A stretch of 21,513 nucleotides of DNA, taken from NCBI GenBank assembly GCA_005223125.1, contig NJBH01000049.1, positions 1 through 21,513 on the forward strand, written 5' to 3'. Below the pieces are notes generated by a model. The model did not search any database. It saw only the letters and a list, made by a program, of their open reading frames with translations, and was not told the DNA's origin. A program made the position numbers and the translations under genes. Position 1 is the stretch's first letter. The number at the start of each line of letters is the position of its first letter. The DNA is from Promethearchaeota archaeon Loki_b32 (GTDB lineage: Archaea; Asgardarchaeota; Lokiarchaeia; Sigyniarchaeales; SOKP01). This document shows positions 18,301 to 21,513 of the stretch, piece by piece.

Positions 18301-19152
18301 TAATTCTATTCCCTTATCAAGATATTCATCTTGTTCTCTTTCATCTTCTACGAATTGATATCCAAAACCGCAATACCAAATCCCTTTTACCGAGTAAACT
18401 AGATTGAGAGCATAAGGATCATCTAAATTATCAATTATCGCCAAACTTTTATTACATTTTCCAAAGAATTTCTTTATGGTTTCCTTAATATAGTCATTTT
18501 TCTTAAAGTCTTTGTTACACAATAAATTGAAACCAATCATAAGTTCCATATTCAATGACTCAGACAAAATCTGAATATTTCCAATCTTTCTTGAAATCTC
18601 CCAAGCTTTAATAGCAGATTCTCCTCCTTGTTGGGCAACCCGGTTATATTCTTCTTGATTAATCTTATAACCCATGAGGAGATCTGAAACTGACGCTATA
18701 CGGCACATTAATCTCGCAAAACTCTCTTTATCACCCTCCTTGGAATAAATTTCACTTGCTTCACTGAAAAGTTTAATAGCTTGATGATATGCCTTCTGAC
18801 CTTCCATATCAGAAGTTGCGAGAAACCCACTTGTAAAAAACATTTCTGCTTCGCATTCAAGCTCCATAGATCTATTTCCAAGCTGTTTAAAGAGATTCAT
18901 TGCTTCTTTGTAGGCTTCAACAGCACTTTTAATCTGGTTAATATATTCCTCAACTGTATCTATTGTATCAGCAGCTCTGGCGTGAGCATATCCAAGATTT
19001 TTATTATTTTCAGCAGCTTTCTCGACTAATTTTTTATCCATATAAAAGTTAACTGCTTGTTTATATAATTTAACTGCGTCTAACCAATTGTAAGCTTTCT
19101 CCTCTTCTCGTGCCTTCTCTAATAAGGTTTCTTCGCTTTGTTCTAAAGTCAT
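15319..19152 (-). CDS. Giant TPR/SNAP-like alpha-solenoid protein fused to a C-terminal carbon-nitrogen hydrolase (nitrilase superfamily) domain
   Basis: About 950 aa of helical TPR-like repeats. The C-terminal ~270 aa carry RVGIAQ, LLFPE (E1068), QEKH (K1122), VICRDF (C1164), FFAN and GES, i.e. an intact Glu-Lys-Cys triad. Confidence 0.85.
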   Translation of the reverse strand: MTLEQSEETLLEKAREEEKAYNWLDAVKLYKQAVNFYMDKKLVEKAAENNKNLGYAHARAADTIDTVEEYINQIKSAVEAYKEAMNLFKQLGNRSMELECEAEMFFTSGFLATSDMEGQKAYHQAIKLFSEASEIYSKEGDKESFARLMCRIASVSDLLMGYKINQEEYNRVAQQGGESAIKAWEISRKIGNIQILSESLNMELMIGFNLLCNKDFKKNDYIKETIKKFFGKCNKSLAIIDNLDDPYALNLVYSVKGIWYCGFGYQFVEDEREQDEYLDKGIELLEKALNFARKTKSKCYILVCLFFIDYFALFSGRINYLQKRILNDIKDCLELGKIYAHSYSINRSMANVLPAIYYTTSSQMSIFTTAQRKIYAEKGIQHVKEAMSAPNYPNIIGWLYQGLIFAYSQLIYLTESKTKQGEYAQIMLQHAKQAEKFGLKYEGGFPQAGGYTSLYKAYKTLADIAKKKEDRITHLKKAINAQKKSINYAMLSRGGTIGDQMRLGLLFEELGIITGETTILNQAREIFLHTIKESVDRRYSSYEAASYQYIARIEDRLGNFRLSAENYKKAQEAYNKSLKMIKYKLLKNRVNEKFNYVKAWKFIEEAKSFHIRENHIQAREFYKKAYDILIELPSYGYEASYYSGWISLEEAEQLSKQEKHEKAIESFKETGKIFEKAIKTLLKSHQRSREKFEKERINKFEKIAQVRVNHCDARINLEEARILGKQGEHIAAAEKFALASSQFRDICILFKIKRERKELEAVYYLCRAWENMELAEKYDDPYRFSEAAALFAKASDFFTDTKLKLLSSGNSTFCQALEYGCKFDESIEINIKKELYPKVKVTLSKAATLYEKGGFERGADWSQATSIYFDAAWHLIRADEERDLQEKGNLLGIGAKYLKSAVELFGKAGYKDKEKEVQDRLNRVEKEESILFSALSTIKEPSISRSIMGIVAPSCPLESSQSPRLSEARQFSDAERRIEIERMDKKKYELIYRDLFKEYPKIQKRECRVGIAQIGVSETGDIMKELFEMKSSGLLCIRENKVEEVRTKVKSMIEKAHNEGVNILLFPEMTIDLNYGELLEEIGDQAKLYEMYIVPGSFHDLETHRNISIVFGPEGILWEQEKHIPAIIGTGEGKRFKEGIEVSSLPRKTIICNTEYGRIVIVICRDFLDMDLRVELKNFEPPIDIILNPAFTPVTADFKAAHFDARRSIYAYSFFANIGEFGESLIYTPEKDRTERIIPAKEEFLIFKDIDLFKLRSERKKWEKEQSKERLFIQSTR

Positions 19153-19249
19153 TTAGGATCATTTATTGAATAATTCTTGTTTTATTTCGATCATAACTAT
19201 TTACTATTAATTACTTTGAATGATTAATAAACATATAGTTCGATTTAAA

Positions 19250-20473
19250 ATGTTTTACTTTTTCTCAGAAGAATGATCTCTTCCCAATTCAAAATATTTT
19301 AATGATTTAGGAAATTTTGTTTGATATTATTGAAATTTAGATCTTCATAAAACAATTACCGACGGTTATGAGCTTCAGTTCCAGCTTACCGATGAAGAAG
19401 GGCAGTCTATACCAAGTCAACCGGTATGGATCGAGATCGGATGGAAACCAAAAGCGGGACTTAATTATAAGATTATCGATTGGGAAGATGAAGATGGTAA
19501 TTACTTGAATTCCGGAGCACTCGGCACCGCATGGTTTATGAACCAAGGACAAGAAGTATGTCGCGGTCCAGGAGAAGAAGGAATTTTATCACGAATGTTT
19601 ACCAAACCTGAAACTTGGGAATATTTAGATCCAGAAACAGAAGAAACTGGTGAATATTCCAGTTATTATTATAATTATCAAATGACCGATGAGATGGGAC
19701 GTGTAAACTTTGACATTTCATTTAATGAAGATTATATTGGAGAACATCATAGAATTTTTGATGAGTCTGTATTTTCTAGCGGAAGTATTACGTTTGATGA
19801 ATTAGAAGATTATCGGTTATATATTCGCGTGTGGCACACCCCTATCTTTGATATTGGTTATATGGCATTAAGTAATACAGATGACCTATTATGCTCTCAA
19901 GAAAATAATGCATTTGATTTTTCCAGAATTTCTGAATTTAACAATTACAGTTTAGAAAATACGGTATTTTACAGCGGAAGTTATGCTGAAGGGTTGATTA
20001 ACTTATATCCCGAAGATGTTATGCTTGGAGTACCAGATCTTTTGGTATATCAATACGGCTCGGAGTTAAATGATAACAATAACTTAAGAAAACCATGATT
20101 AATATTAGGATCTGTTTACATTGCATTAGCATTTGGAATTTTATTCAACTGGCTTACACTCGCTATGATTTTTGTATTAGAACCTTTACCGGATAGATTA
20201 ATCTTTAATTTTATAAATTTTCATGGGATTGTCGATCCTTATACTATGAATAGAATTATGGATATTAGTACTTCGATTTATCCTCATGAACAAACAATTT
20301 ATTACGCCGTAGCATTTGGATCCTTTGGTGCAGTTACAGATTTATTTATAGCTATATGGTATTTAGTGAATAGAGTACCGTTTAGCCCTAAAATGGGATT
20401 CTCACTTTTAATTGGAGGAGTAATGGTAGGAATTTTATTAGGATTTACGACTTGTCTACCATTTTTTCTATAA
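19250..20473 (+). pseudogene. Single reading frame interrupted by TGA codons: acidic extracellular-type fragment followed by a 3-TM segment (likely degraded or mosaic gene)
   Basis: ORFs 19505-20098 and 20165-20473 share a frame and are separated by one TGA (20096-98). The frame is open back to 19334, with further TGAs at 19331, 19322 and 19274 after an ATG at 19250. Confidence 0.5.
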
Positions 20474-20559
20474 TTTATGTCTTATTTGATTTAATTTCAA
20501 AATTTTTAAATAAGTAAAAAAAACTTTAATGTCAAACCCCACTCACTCGACAAAATAGA

Positions 20560-21513
20560 TTAGGACATCTCTAGTTGAGTCAAATTAATTTTGAATTGGG
20601 TAAAGTTTCCCGTGTCTTTTTCTCTAATTCTCCACGTTCGTCTTATTGTTGCGTATTGTGCGTTAAATTCTTTCCTGTAGGCTTCAATAAGTGGGGTTTC
20701 GCACGCTAACAGCACACTTGTAACTTTTTTTTTCGTAAAATCGATATCTAATAACTGGACATGCAGTCCTCCGTGGTTCAGAAACGCTCTTGCAACGTTT
20801 TCACGGCCCAATAGGGCTTTAAAATGGTGCTTACTACGGTGAAACAGCTGCTTTTTGGCGTTATTGGTAAACTCTAATTCCTCGACATCATAAGCTATGT
20901 ATAATCCTTCACTATAAGAATTTACTAACCGAATCCATTGTTGCCATATTTCCTCGCAGCTTAATTTGAAAGAAGGTTGTTGCCATTTGATGTTCTGAGG
21001 ATTAGATTCCAATTTTCTCCTTTTCAAGCGGCTCTGGAGTTTGTACACCCATTTTTTCACTTCTTTCTCGATTTGAGAAGATTTTTTCTCCCTTTTTGCC
21101 AAAATCTTACGAATCTGCTGAAAATCTGGTATCAAGGAGGTTATCTCCTCTCGTAAATGACGATTCTCTCTAAGTAAATTCTTTAATGCTGCAAGAAGAG
21201 TGTTCAGTGTACGAGAAACTTTCGGAGTGAACTCCATTTCCCCGAATTGTTCCAATCGTGACACAACATACTCTAAATTCGCATATGCTTCGATTCCCGG
21301 AAACATGTCAAATCGAACACCACGCGTGGAGATGGCACATTTCAGCTCCTCGCTAATGGGATGAAACAACTTGTATAACTTGTTTGAATCGGTGTATTTA
21401 CTATTATAGACAATTGAGAGTTGTTTTACAGATTTCCGAAGAATTTTCTTGAGATGCGAATCTTTCGAAGCAATGGGCTCGGCAACGTGGTTAAGGAAGT
21501 GGTACTGGCAATA
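20560..21513 (-). mobile_element. DDE transposase of an insertion sequence (CxxH type), 5' part outside the window
   Basis: The frame stays open to the window edge (YCQYHFLNHVAEP...), giving the CxxH motif seen in IS256/ISL3/IS66/Mutator-like transposases. A TNN..x.LF...K motif is present, and the region is visibly more GC-rich than the core genes. IS family not assigned. Confidence 0.78.

Noticed and set aside
15569-19029. Five short plus-strand ORFs inside the TPR-nitrilase gene
   Set aside because: Antisense shadows.
19337-19552. 71-aa minus-strand ORF
   Set aside because: Antisense to the more protein-like open plus frame starting at 19334.
1-21513. CRISPR array, rRNA, integrase
   Set aside because: No regularly spaced repeats, rRNA-like GC-rich tract or tyrosine/serine recombinase motif seen.

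Overview
AT-rich archaeal window that looks like an Asgard archaeon (Lokiarchaeia/Promethearchaeota). This is inferred from gene content: archaeal proteasome beta subunit, long-type FKBP, geranylgeranyl reductase family protein, a stand-alone longin/uDENN-like protein, an IFT52/GIFT-like protein and an intron-containing tRNA. Bases 1-15001 read as core genome: a Lys-rich gene end with an in-frame stop, an HhH-FKBP fusion, a PflX-like radical SAM protein, the GIFT-domain protein, psmB, GGR, an EamA transporter, a serC-like/serA-like pair with DUF1015 one gene away, a membrane-anchored beta-propeller, a coiled-coil-wHTH protein, the longin and tRNA-Leu(UAA). Beyond the tRNA the region looks accessory: a 1277-aa TPR solenoid fused to a nitrilase domain, a long frame broken only by TGA codons, and a DDE transposase cut by the window edge. 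The strongest leads are (1) a tRNA-Leu with two non-canonical introns, in the D arm and the variable arm; (2) the TPR-nitrilase fusion with an intact catalytic triad; (3) a possible SerB-independent serine module using DUF1015. All family assignments come from motif recognition; no searches were run.
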